NCBI GenBank assembly: GCA_965212025.1
Contig: OZ243039.1
Span: forward strand, 879,216-943,215
DNA from: Candidatus Oxydemutatoraceae bacterium
GTDB lineage: Bacteria > Pseudomonadota > Gammaproteobacteria > Poriferisulfidales > Oxydemutatoraceae
Direction of reading: 5' to 3'
Length of the DNA: 64,000 bases
Positions 20,302 through 30,000 of the stretch are shown here, one piece after another; the first letter of the stretch is position 1; the number at the start of each line of letters is the position of its first letter. Below the pieces are notes generated by a model. The model did no database searches. It had not been told where the DNA came from and saw only the letters and a program-made list of their open reading frames with translations. A program made the translations under genes and the position numbers.

Positions 20302-21086
20302 TGGCGCGTTCCTGGAAACATTTTGGCAAAAAAATGTACAGCCTGACTGAGTGGCTGATGTTTCTATGCGCTTGCGGAGCACTGGGCTACGTGCTGGTAC
20401 AAACCGCGCCGCAATTGCGCAGCCTTTTATCGCCACCGGTGGCGAAAATTATTCTGGACGGAGAAATGGCGTACATCGATCCGGAAGAGGTGTATTCGAC
20501 GTTTGCCGGACTTGAGAAACTGGATTTCTTTCGCCTGGATTTGCGGCAAATAAAAGAACGTGTTGAAACTTTGCCTTGGGTGCATGCAGCGACGATTGAG
20601 AAGGTTTGGCCACAAACCCTACGGATAAAAGTCACTGAGCACGTGCCGGTATCCCGGTGGGGAGAAGGAAAATTGCTTGCCAGAAGTGGGGTCGTTTACG
20701 ACTCGGGCAGCTTTGACAGCGAAGAGCTGCCACTCTTGCTTGCCATAAATGGTCGCAAAGGATTTATTTTGTCTGTTTACGAAAGACTTTCCAGTCACTT
20801 GTCACAATACGGGATGCGCGTGCAGGGTCTGGAAGAAGATGAACATGGCTCGCTCAACTTATTGCTTGCCAATGGGGTTCTGGTGTCCTTTGGGCACCAT
20901 ACGCCCGAAAAAAACATACAACGTTTTCTGAGTGTTTGTGCGATTGCGCCAAAAGCATTGTTTGCTCACACAGCGCGGATGGACTTTCGGCATTCACACG
21001 GCTTTGCAGTGTCCTGGAAAGACGGACTCGACGCCGCCATGAAGGAGGTATTCAGGAGTGGAATCCAGACTCTGCACGGCACTTGA
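20301..21086 (+). CDS. ftsQ: Cell division protein FtsQ
   Basis: A single N-terminal TM segment (LMFLCACGALGYVLV) is followed by POTRA-like and beta domains, and the gene is in the FtsQ position. Confidence 0.8.
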   Translation: MARSWKHFGKKMYSLTEWLMFLCACGALGYVLVQTAPQLRSLLSPPVAKIILDGEMAYIDPEEVYSTFAGLEKLDFFRLDLRQIKERVETLPWVHAATIEKVWPQTLRIKVTEHVPVSRWGEGKLLARSGVVYDSGSFDSEELPLLLAINGRKGFILSVYERLSSHLSQYGMRVQGLEEDEHGSLNLLLANGVLVSFGHHTPEKNIQRFLSVCAIAPKALFAHTARMDFRHSHGFAVSWKDGLDAAMKEVFRSGIQTLHGT

Positions 21087-22299
21087 TATAGGCACGAGCA
21101 AGGTTGCCGTAGTGGTTGGGGATATCAACGAGCAGATCACCATCCAGGCTGTTGGTACGGCTCCCTGTTATGGGCTGAAAAACGGCGTGGTCACCGATAT
21201 TGAGGAAACAGCCAAGGCGATACGCCACGCGGTGGAAGAAGCGCAGACTGTGTCCGAATCCCGTATCCGTATTGACCAACTGTATGTAGGGGTTTCTGGT
21301 GAACATGTACGAAGCTACAACTCCCGTGGTACAGCGTCTATAAGGGGTTTGGAAGTCACCGAAAGCGATAAAGAACGGGCTATTGACGCGGCACGGGCGA
21401 TAGGTATCCCGGACAAACAGTTGGTTCTCAACGTCATGACCAGTGACTACGATATCGATGGCCAGGCCGGGATTAAAGAGCCCTTGCAAATGTCTGGCAA
21501 GCTCCTGAATGTCAATGTGCATCTTGTGACGGGTTCAAAGTATGCGGTACGTAATATTGACAAGTGTGTCAAGCAATGCGGCTTGGAAATGATGGAAACA
21601 GTTTTGGAGCAGATTGCGTCAAGTATGGCAGTCTTGACTGAAGGCGAGCGGGAATTGGGCGTGTGCCTGGTGGATATTGGCGGAGGGACTTCCGATATTG
21701 CCGTGTACAGAGGAGGCTGCATCATTCATTCAGAGGTGATACCGCTGGCTGGAGACCACGTCACTCGCGACATTGCGGTGACCTTGCATGCGCAAAAAAA
21801 AGTGGCCGAAGACATCAAACTGAAATACGGAAGCTGTGAACCGGAAAAAGTCATAGACGAGAGCATGATTTCTGTTCCCGGAGTTGCCTCCCGCCCGGCG
21901 CAAAAATTCAAGCGCAGCTTTCTGAATCAAATCATTGTGGGTCGCTACGAAGAACTATTTAGGCTGTTTCATGAGCGATTGGCAGTTGCCAACATGACCG
22001 AACTGGCTGTGTCCGGATTTGTGTTGACCGGCGGTAGTTCGAAGATGGAAGGCCTGGTTCATCTGGCAGAAGAAATATTTAACGCGCCGACTCGCCTGGG
22101 ACGTCCAAAAGAAGGGATTACAGGTTTGGTCGACTTGGTAGAAAGCCCAATTTATGCCACCGCCGTGGGTCTTTTGCATTACGCGAAAAAATACAGTGAC
22201 GGGAGCAGATTAAAGGTTGGGCGGTTGTCGTCGTACAGGCGATTTTTTCCGTGGCTGGATTCGCATCGGCCTAAATATTTTTGGTCTGACAACCAGTAG
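21058..22299 (+). CDS. ftsA: Cell division protein FtsA
   Basis: LDIGTSKVAVVVG and VDIGGGTSDIAVY are actin-like ATPase motifs. Confidence 0.9.
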   Translation: MESRLCTALDIGTSKVAVVVGDINEQITIQAVGTAPCYGLKNGVVTDIEETAKAIRHAVEEAQTVSESRIRIDQLYVGVSGEHVRSYNSRGTASIRGLEVTESDKERAIDAARAIGIPDKQLVLNVMTSDYDIDGQAGIKEPLQMSGKLLNVNVHLVTGSKYAVRNIDKCVKQCGLEMMETVLEQIASSMAVLTEGERELGVCLVDIGGGTSDIAVYRGGCIIHSEVIPLAGDHVTRDIAVTLHAQKKVAEDIKLKYGSCEPEKVIDESMISVPGVASRPAQKFKRSFLNQIIVGRYEELFRLFHERLAVANMTELAVSGFVLTGGSSKMEGLVHLAEEIFNAPTRLGRPKEGITGLVDLVESPIYATAVGLLHYAKKYSDGSRLKVGRLSSYRRFFPWLDSHRPKYFWSDNQ

Positions 22300-22318
22300 A
22301 AATAAAGGAGTAATTGTT

Positions 22319-23524
22319 ATGTTTCAGCTTTCAGAAAGAGGCGTGCAGCCAATTTCCATTAAAAAGGCTGGTGTGCAGCCAACAAACATCAAAGTGGTCG
22401 GTGTAGGTGGCTGCGGCTGTAACACCATCAACTTCATGTACGACGAGAAAATTGAAGGTGTTCAATATATCGTCGCAAATACTGACCTTCAGTGTTTGCA
22501 GGCAAGTCGGTGCGAAGACACGATACAACTTGGTGCCAGTAGTTCTGGTGGTCAAGGCGCTGGTGCCGACCCGGAAAAGGCACGCGAGTTTGCCGAAGAG
22601 GATCGAGAGGAGATTCGTGAACGGCTAGAGGGCAGCAATATGGTTTTTATCGCCGCCGGTATGGGTGGTGGTACGGGAACCGGAGCGTCACCGGTTTTTT
22701 CTGAAATCGCACGCAAATCTGATGCGCTCACAGTGGCTGTGGTTACCATGCCTTTCGATTTTGAGGGAGGTGCGCGCAAGAAAATTGCCGAGGAAGGACT
22801 GCGTGAGTTACGTAAAACAGTTGACTCGCTCATCGTGATTCCGAATGAACGAATGTTGAGCATATTGGATAAAGATGTGTCTTTTTCTGAAGCTTGCGCA
22901 TCTGCCAACAAAGTTCTTTATGACGCGGTAAAGGGTATTGCAGAATTGATTACACGGGTAGGTTTCATTAATTTGGACTTTGAAGATGTCAAGAGAGTGA
23001 TGACCAAAATGGGAGATGCCGTGATCGGTACGGGAACCGCAAGTGGAGAGCAACGTGCATACGACGCGGTGACAGCTGCCATTCAGAACCCCTTGTTGGA
23101 TGAAGTGGATCTCCAGGGTGTTCGAGGCGTCCTGGTCAACATCACTGCCAACGAAAAATTTGGGCTGAGAGAGGCTGAAGAAATTGGCAAGGTTATCAGG
23201 ACGATTGCTGACAAAGACGCCCTTATATCAATAGGTGTGGTAATAGAGGAAAGCATGGGCGATGATCTGCGTGTCACCTTGGTTGCCACAGGGTTGGTTG
23301 GCAACACCAAAAAGGAGGAACAGGACTCTCCCGCAAAAGACAGGGTCTTTGCTACACCAAAGCCAGTGTCGCTTACCCCAAGCCCGACCCTCAACTACGA
23401 TGCCTATGACTCACCTGCCTTTGAGCGCAAAAGCAAATATGGCGTTGAGGCGCCGAGTAGTCCTGGGTCTGAGGTTGGAGAACTTCTTGACGTGCCCGCT
23501 TTTCTGAATAAGCAGGCGGATTAA
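22319..23524 (+). CDS. ftsZ: Cell division protein FtsZ
   Basis: GVGGCGCN and AGMGGGTGTGASPV are tubulin/FtsZ motifs, and the C-terminal conserved peptide DVPAFLNKQAD is present. AAGGAG lies upstream of the ATG at 22319. Confidence 0.95.
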   Translation: MFQLSERGVQPISIKKAGVQPTNIKVVGVGGCGCNTINFMYDEKIEGVQYIVANTDLQCLQASRCEDTIQLGASSSGGQGAGADPEKAREFAEEDREEIRERLEGSNMVFIAAGMGGGTGTGASPVFSEIARKSDALTVAVVTMPFDFEGGARKKIAEEGLRELRKTVDSLIVIPNERMLSILDKDVSFSEACASANKVLYDAVKGIAELITRVGFINLDFEDVKRVMTKMGDAVIGTGTASGEQRAYDAVTAAIQNPLLDEVDLQGVRGVLVNITANEKFGLREAEEIGKVIRTIADKDALISIGVVIEESMGDDLRVTLVATGLVGNTKKEEQDSPAKDRVFATPKPVSLTPSPTLNYDAYDSPAFERKSKYGVEAPSSPGSEVGELLDVPAFLNKQAD

Positions 23525-24272
23525 CCAACTGGCATCGTGCCGCCAACAAAATATTTTTTTTGGATTGTCTTGCCTGCAGTACGCACTTGTCACGGTCTGT
23601 AAGACCGGTATGTATTGTCCGGGCGACTGCCCAGTGACACAGCCTGCAATTTCACAAGCTGGTGGAATGTTCGTTGTGTCGCTGGTGCAGTAAGGCGTCC
23701 ATCCTGTCAGGACGGGTGTCTGTCATTTTTCCCGTGCGGCGTTTCTGCCATGGCCTTACAAAGTCTGGCTTAATGGCCAAGCCCCCATCTTCTTATAAAC
23801 ACCAAATACGCCCCTGAGTCACGTGGCCTTCATTAGAAAACAAAGTCTTTGAGCGCAAAAGCAAATATGGCGTTGAGGCGCCGAGTAGTCCCGAGCCTGA
23901 GGTTGGAGAACTTCTTGACGTGCCTGCTTTTCTGAATAAGCAGGCGGATTGACCAACTGGCATCGCGCCGCCAACAAAATATTTTTTTTTGGATTGTCTT
24001 GCCTGCAGTACGCACTTGTCACGGTCTGTAAGACCGGTATGTATTGTCCGGGCGACTGCCCAGTGACACAGCCTGCAATTTCACAAGCTGGTGGAATGTC
24101 CGTTGTGTCGCTGGTGCAGTAAGGCGTCCATCCTGTCAGGACGGGTGTCTGTCATTTTTCCCGTGCGGCGTTTCTGCCATGGCCTTACAAAGTCTGGCTT
24201 AATGGCCAAGCCCCCATCTGCTTATAAACACCAAATACTGCCCCTGAATCACGTAGCCTTTATCAGGAAACA
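23418..24272. repeat. Direct duplication of about 428 bp (2 copies) covering the last ~105 nt of ftsZ and ~320 bp downstream
   Basis: The sequence from about 23418 (TTTGAGCGCAAAAGCAAATATGGCG...) recurs nearly identically from about 23846. Copy 2 carries an in-frame FtsZ tail fragment (...FERKSKYGVEAPSSPEPEVGELLDVPAFLNKQAD*) with no start codon. Confidence 0.85.
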
Positions 24273-25460
24273 AAACCTTTTCGCGTCTTGCGCGCTTAAA
24301 AAACAAGCTGACTTGTGTCCCAACCCCACCGATACACTGCCTCAAGAAAACCACGCCCCCCCACTTTATAAACATCAAATACTGCCCCTGGATCGCATGG
24401 CTCTTATTAGAAAACAAAACCTTTTCGTGTCTTTTACGCTTAAAAAACAAGCTGACTTGTGTCCCAACCCCACCGATACACTATCTCAAGAAAACCACGC
24501 CCCCCCACTTTATAAACATCAAATACTGCCCCTGAATCACGTAGCCTTTATCAGGAAACAAAACCTTTTCGCGTCTTTCGCGCTTAAAAAACAAGCTGAC
24601 TTGTGTCCCAACCCCACCGATACACTGTCTCAAGAGAACCACGCCCCAACACTTTATAAACATCAAATACACCCCTGAATCACGTAGCCTTTATCAGGAA
24701 ACAAAACCTTTTCGCGTCTTGCGCGCTTAAAAAACAAGCTGACTTGTGTCCCAACCCCACCGATACACTGCCTCAAGAAAACCACGCCCCCCCTCTTTAT
24801 AAACACCAAATACGCCCCTGAATCACGTAGCCTTTATCAGGAAACAAAACCTTTTCGCGTCTTGCGCGCTTAAAAAACAAGCTGACTTGTGTCCCAACCC
24901 CACCGATACACTGTCTCAAGAAAACCACGCCCCCCCACTTTATAAACATCAAATACTGCCCCTGAATCACGTAGCCTTTATCAGGAAACAAAACCTTTTC
25001 GCGTCTTGCGCGCTTAAAAAACAAGCTGACTTGTGTCCCAACCCCACCGATACACTGTCTCAAGAAAACCACGCCCCCCCACTTTATAAACATCAAATAC
25101 TGCCCCTGGATCGCATGGCTCTTATTAGAAAACAAAACCTTTTCGTGTCTTTTACGCTTAAAAAACAAGCTGACTTGTGTCCCAACCCCACCGATACACT
25201 GTCTCAAGAGAACCACGCCCCACCACTTTATAAACATCAAATACACCCCTGAATCACATGGCCTTTATCAGGAAACAAAACCTTTTCGCGTCTTGCGCGC
25301 TTAAAAAACAAGCTGACTTGTGTCCCAACCCCACCGATACACTGCCTCAAGAAAACCACGCCCCCCCACTTTATAAACATCAAATGCTGCCCCTGAATCA
25401 CATGGCCTTCATTAGAAAACAAAACCTTTTCGCGTCTTTTACGCTTAAAAAACAAACAGA
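24222..25460. repeat. Tandem array of about 8.6 copies of a 143/144-bp unit (minisatellite-like)
   Basis: Successive starts of TTATAAACA fall at 24222, 24366, 24510, 24654, 24797, 24940, 25084, 25228 and 25371, giving periods of 144,144,144,143,143,144,144,143. Units are over 90% identical. The first ~60 nt of the unit is homologous to the end of the 428-bp duplicated unit. Confidence 0.9.
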
Positions 25461-25498
25461 CTTGCGCGTTTTTCCGGTTATTAAGTTTGCGTATGTCT

Positions 25499-27094
25499 TC
25501 AGCGAACCATACCGCCCAAAAAGACTTTCAGGCGCAATATTGGCTCTGGCTCTTCCAGCACCTGGATCAGGGGAATCAGGCTGCCAGAGTGACTCACTCC
25601 TGGCGCTTCAGCCACGCTGTTCCGGGGGAACGCCCGGACTTCGTGTTCAGCACCACCCGGCACTCCCCAAAAATTCACCATGCCAGCTTCTGCCGATGTC
25701 GGCAAATCAATATGCTGCTCCATTATCAGATCTCCAACTGACAGTTGTATCCGGCACTTCAGGTCAAGCGGCACTTCATCAACTGCGGTTGCAAAGTCAG
25801 CATGGTGCGTGGCGCGTCCATAACCGTCATCTCCCAGATATTTCAGGTGTACCCGTACATGGCCATGTGCTTCGGATGTCAGTTGCATGGCCAATGTCCC
25901 TTCAAGAACGTCGAGCAAAGTAAATGCCGCCGTGCCCATCGCGCCTGCTCCGGCGCGGTTGACTGCCTGGAGCGAATAGCGTATCTGCCCCCCTCCTGCG
26001 TACGCCTCGCGTAGCTGCGCCAAGGCATGGCCTGACAGCACATAAGAAGTGCCGGTTCCCGCGATGGTATAGCGTTTTCTGTCCAGGGAAAGCCGGTAGC
26101 TGTCTATCGTCGCCCCGTTGCTGCTCGCCGCTTCCCAACCCAGGTTCACCCGATTTGTGGACTTCCATCTGGCCCGCAAACCTGAAGGTCTGCCAGGCAC
26201 CGCTATGGTGCTGAACGTGCCCCAGTTTTCGGATCCCCGGGCGAGCACCCCAACGCCCTTTCGGTTACTCGCGTAGACCTGTAAGCCATAGCTTCTGTAC
26301 GGCAGCAAGTGACCAATCTCAATCTCAGTGGCAAAGGTACCTGACGGGAAAAAAGTCTCGGTGCTGCGCCCTGCAGCACTCACAACCACCACGTAGCCAA
26401 AACCAGAGCCCGCAGCGCGATCAGGAGAAGCCGCAGGCGCATCGACCGCCAGGGAAGCGCAACCGTCACGTCTCATGGTCGCCAGCACCAGGCGAGCAGT
26501 GGTCTGCCCAGGCACAAGCTCCGTTATCGTCGTCGTGCCCGGAAGCCCCGGCAAATGGAAGTGACCGGTTGCGGGGTAGCCAACGACATCTCCGTGCACA
26601 GCGCGCAGCTGGTACGGGTGGGGGCAAGCCCCTTGGCTGTTTTCCCGAAACCCGGCCAGAAAATCTCCGTCAAAGTCAAAAGTCAGCGCTGTGACTTTCC
26701 GCATTGTTCCTGCCAGCTTGAGTTCGTAGTAATCGACCGCTGAACTTCCCGCCGCCCACGTGAAGCGCAGGTGATCCAGAGATTCCCAGCTCACCGCCAA
26801 ATCAACCGGTGTGGCAGGAATATCGGCAAGCGCACGCAGCAATGGCAGCGTGTGGGCATTGCCAAAATGCCAGGCTCCCGGTTCCCAGCCGGCATAAGTC
26901 GTGGCACCTTCGCATACCTGCCCCGCCACGGTCGGACAACGCAGCTGGGTCAGAGTACGGGGTGAAGCGCCACCCGTTGGGCCACTGCCCACCAAAGCTG
27001 CCCTCGCAGACACGGGGGCGTAACTGCGGTCAATCGCAGCGTCCGGACTCAGAATGGCCCACCAGACTGCCGATGCTGCCCGATTCCCCAACAA
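25499..27094 (-). pseudogene. C-terminal continuation of the giant GLUG-repeat protein, separated from the upstream ORF by a frameshift
   Basis: The N-terminal part (...AIDRSYAPVSARAALVGSGPTGGASPRTLTQLRCPTVAGQVCEGATTYAGWEPGAWHFGNAHTLPLLRAL) continues the module pattern of the 2909-aa ORF. The two frames overlap at 27030-27094. Fn3-like segments follow. Confidence 0.6.
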
Positions 27095-30000
27095 CAGGGT
27101 TCACCGCATAGCTGTCCTGAATTCGGTGGACATTGGTTCCGACCAGCCCCCCGGTGTAGGAACGGCCCTGTACCGTACCGAGCGCATAGCCCGCATGGAC
27201 AGAACCGGCGTTGAAGCCCACCAATCCACCAACACGCTCATCCCCGCTGACCGACACGTCGGCATAGCTGTATGCAATGGTGCTATTGCTGAAGCCAACC
27301 AGACCGCCGACGTGATCCCCTTCCTCAGCGGTGGCCGAACCTGTCGCATAACAGTGCAAAATCGTGCTTCCATGGCTGTAGCCAACCAGGCCGCCGGCGT
27401 AGTCCCGCCCTTCACCCGAGACGATCACCGCCGCGTCAGCACTGCTGTGCAAAATGGTGCCCCCCCGGATCCGACCGATCAAACCACCGGCAGACTCAAT
27501 CCCGCGTACCTGCGAAGCCCTCACCGTGCTGCCCACGACCCGACCTTTCCCTTTCACATAACCAACCAGGCCGCCGACGTATCTGCCTCCATCAACCACG
27601 GCACTGGCGCCACTGTTGACCAGCAACCCCCCGTTGCTACCTACCAACCCGCCAACACCGGTACCGACCGTGCTAAAAACCTGTGCAGACTTCACGACGC
27701 TGTTCATGACAGTCCCCCCGTTAAAGCCGACCAAGGCTCCGACTCTGTTTTTCCCCCTTACCCGTGCGTCAACGAGCACCACCCCCTTGACAGTCCCGTC
27801 TTCTGCAAGCCTGGAAAACAGGCCAACCTCGTCCGTTTGCGGGCGGTCAATGTACAAGGCAGAAATTTGCCGTCCTGCCCCGTCGAAGGTGCCTGAAAAA
27901 TTCTCTATCGGATGAAAGCCGGCACCGCCTTGCCACTCCCGACTCGGGCCGGCGTCTATGTCTGCCGCCAGTACGTAGTGGGCCTGCAGATCAGAGCGCA
28001 CGTCCTGTAACTGGCACAACGTGGCAATTTGCCACGGGTTGTCGCTGCTGCCGTCACCCGGCGCGCCTTTCAGACCTTTGCCGGCGCATTCCGGAAAGCG
28101 GGTCACCGTCCGGATCGTTGACGGCGACCCGGTGCCCACCGTGTTATGGGCGAAGGCTTCCAGCCGATATTCAAAGGCACCCACCAGTTCCGCAAACTCC
28201 ACTGTGACCGGGCTCAAAGGATCCACCGGCGCAACGTCGCGTTCCTGTACCAGCTCCCCGGACGCATACAGGCGTATCCGGTAAGCCAAACGCAAAGCCA
28301 CGCCTTCCGCAGGCGCTGCGTAACCGGCGTCACCCGGCCTGCGGCCATAACCATCATTGGAAGGGGGTGCAAAGCTGAGTCTCAGCGTGGAGATCCCCGG
28401 CACCACCCGCACATCAGCCGGAGAACCGGGAACGTCCAGCAGGCGCACGGAAACACGGGCGGCTTCGCCGACACCGTAAAGGTTGTAGCCACGAACCGTT
28501 AAAAGGGGCGTGCTCCCGCCTTCATGGTCAGCGCGCAGCTTCTGCAGCCAGTCCGGTTCCGCCATGAAGTAATCCGAGAGCGTCTCCCCGGAAAGCGCTC
28601 CACTTTCCACGCGGTGACCGATTCGTTCACGTCCGTCCAATGGGCGTTCCCAGCGCAGCAGCAAGACAGACGGGGATTTCCACTGTGCCTGCAGGCGCAA
28701 GGGTTTGCCGGGAGTCTCAAAGCCACGCAGAACCGGCAGCGCATTGTGATCGCCGAAGGACCAGACCTCGGCACTCCAGCCCAAGTACGTTGACCTTCCC
28801 GCACACGCCAGGCCAGGGGCGGTGGGGCAGCGCAGCTGCTGTAGTGTCCGCAGGGAGACTGATCCCTGCACGGTGTCATCTGCCACAAAAGGCACGATGC
28901 CAGCATTGACGCGGGTCAATCCTGCTGCATGGCTGTCGACGATGCTTCCCGGGCTGTTGCCGGCAAAGCTTCCGGGCTGTCCGACTCCGGACACCGACCC
29001 TGCCGCGTAGCTGCGGCTGACGGTGCCCTGGTTGTTCGCCACAAGACCCGCAACCAGACCTTTCCCAATCACAGAGGCTGTTGTGTAACTGTCAGTCACC
29101 GAGCCCTGGTTGTCTGCAACCAGACCACCCGCCAGGGCTGTTCCCGACACCAAGCCTCCGGCATGACTCGTGGCGATGCTCCCGCCTGTCAGGTTTTTTC
29201 CGACCAGGCCACCCGCGACCTGGGATCCCGGCTCCATCGTCAACCGGGCCGCGCTGCCTCTGATCACGCCTGCGTTAATGCCAACGAGTCCTCCTGCAAC
29301 CTGCCCGCCAAAAAGTGAACCTGTTGCTCCACTGTTCACGACCCTGCCTCCCACGTTCCTGCCCACCAGGGCTCCCACGTTGACGCTTCCCCAAAGCTGC
29401 GCGTTCACCAACACGACCTGCTGCAACAGACCGTCCTGAAGCTGCGCAAACATGCCGACATCTTCCAGTATCCCGGAGCGCACCCTTAAATGGAAAATCC
29501 GATAGCCGGCACCATCAAGGGAACCGGAAAAACCGGTGATCGGCGCAAAGCCTTCCCCGGCCCGCCAGTTCCGGGATGGACCTGCTTCAATATCGCCTGC
29601 CAGCCAGTAGTGGGCTGCAGGGGCGGAGCGAATATCCTGCAATTGGCACAGCGTGGCAATCTGCCAGGGATCGTCCTCGCTGCCCTCACTGTCCGGGCCG
29701 CTTGCCGATGCCAGGGCTTCCCCGTCGCACTGCCAGGGACGGGTAAATACCGGCAGGGAAAATGACGGTCCTTCCCCAATCCTGTTATAGGGCGTCGCCA
29801 CCACTTCATAGCGGCTGTCGCCTGCCAAACCCGAAAATTCCACGGCCGCAGATGTTTCTCCGTCTGTGTGCGTACGCTCCCGTTCCTGCACCGGTTCCCC
29901 CCCGGCGTACAGCCGTACCCGGTAGCCCAGACCTACGGAAACCCCGGCACCCGCATATCCGTATGCCGGGTCTTCCGGTGACTGGCCATAGCCGTCGTCA

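Noticed and set aside
18183-20436. Large minus-strand ORFs antisense to murC/murB/ddl (18183..19688, 501 aa; 19762..20436, 224 aa) and similar ones antisense to ftsI, murE-murF, cysS and rne
   Set aside because: The sense-strand genes have clear conserved motifs. The antisense ORFs are chance open frames in GC-rich DNA.
23525-23700. Rho-independent terminator after ftsZ
   Set aside because: Only a weak GGCATCGTGCC hairpin and a separate T-run are visible. There is no convincing stem directly followed by a U-tract.
23846-23952. Second FtsZ C-terminal peptide as an independent small gene
   Set aside because: There is an in-frame stop 10 codons upstream and no ATG/GTG start. It is a duplication relic.
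24222-25460. CRISPR array
   Set aside because: The repeats are contiguous with no unique spacers, the unit is 144 bp, and there are no cas genes.
24091-25923. Multiple ORFs of 60-220 aa on both strands inside the 144-bp repeat array (e.g. 24091..24678 +, 24797..25246 -, 24887..25252 +, 25258..25923 +)
   Set aside because: They are translations of the repeat itself. Both strands are open, the 143/144 alternation breaks the frames, there are no start contexts, and the longest one runs antisense into the giant gene.
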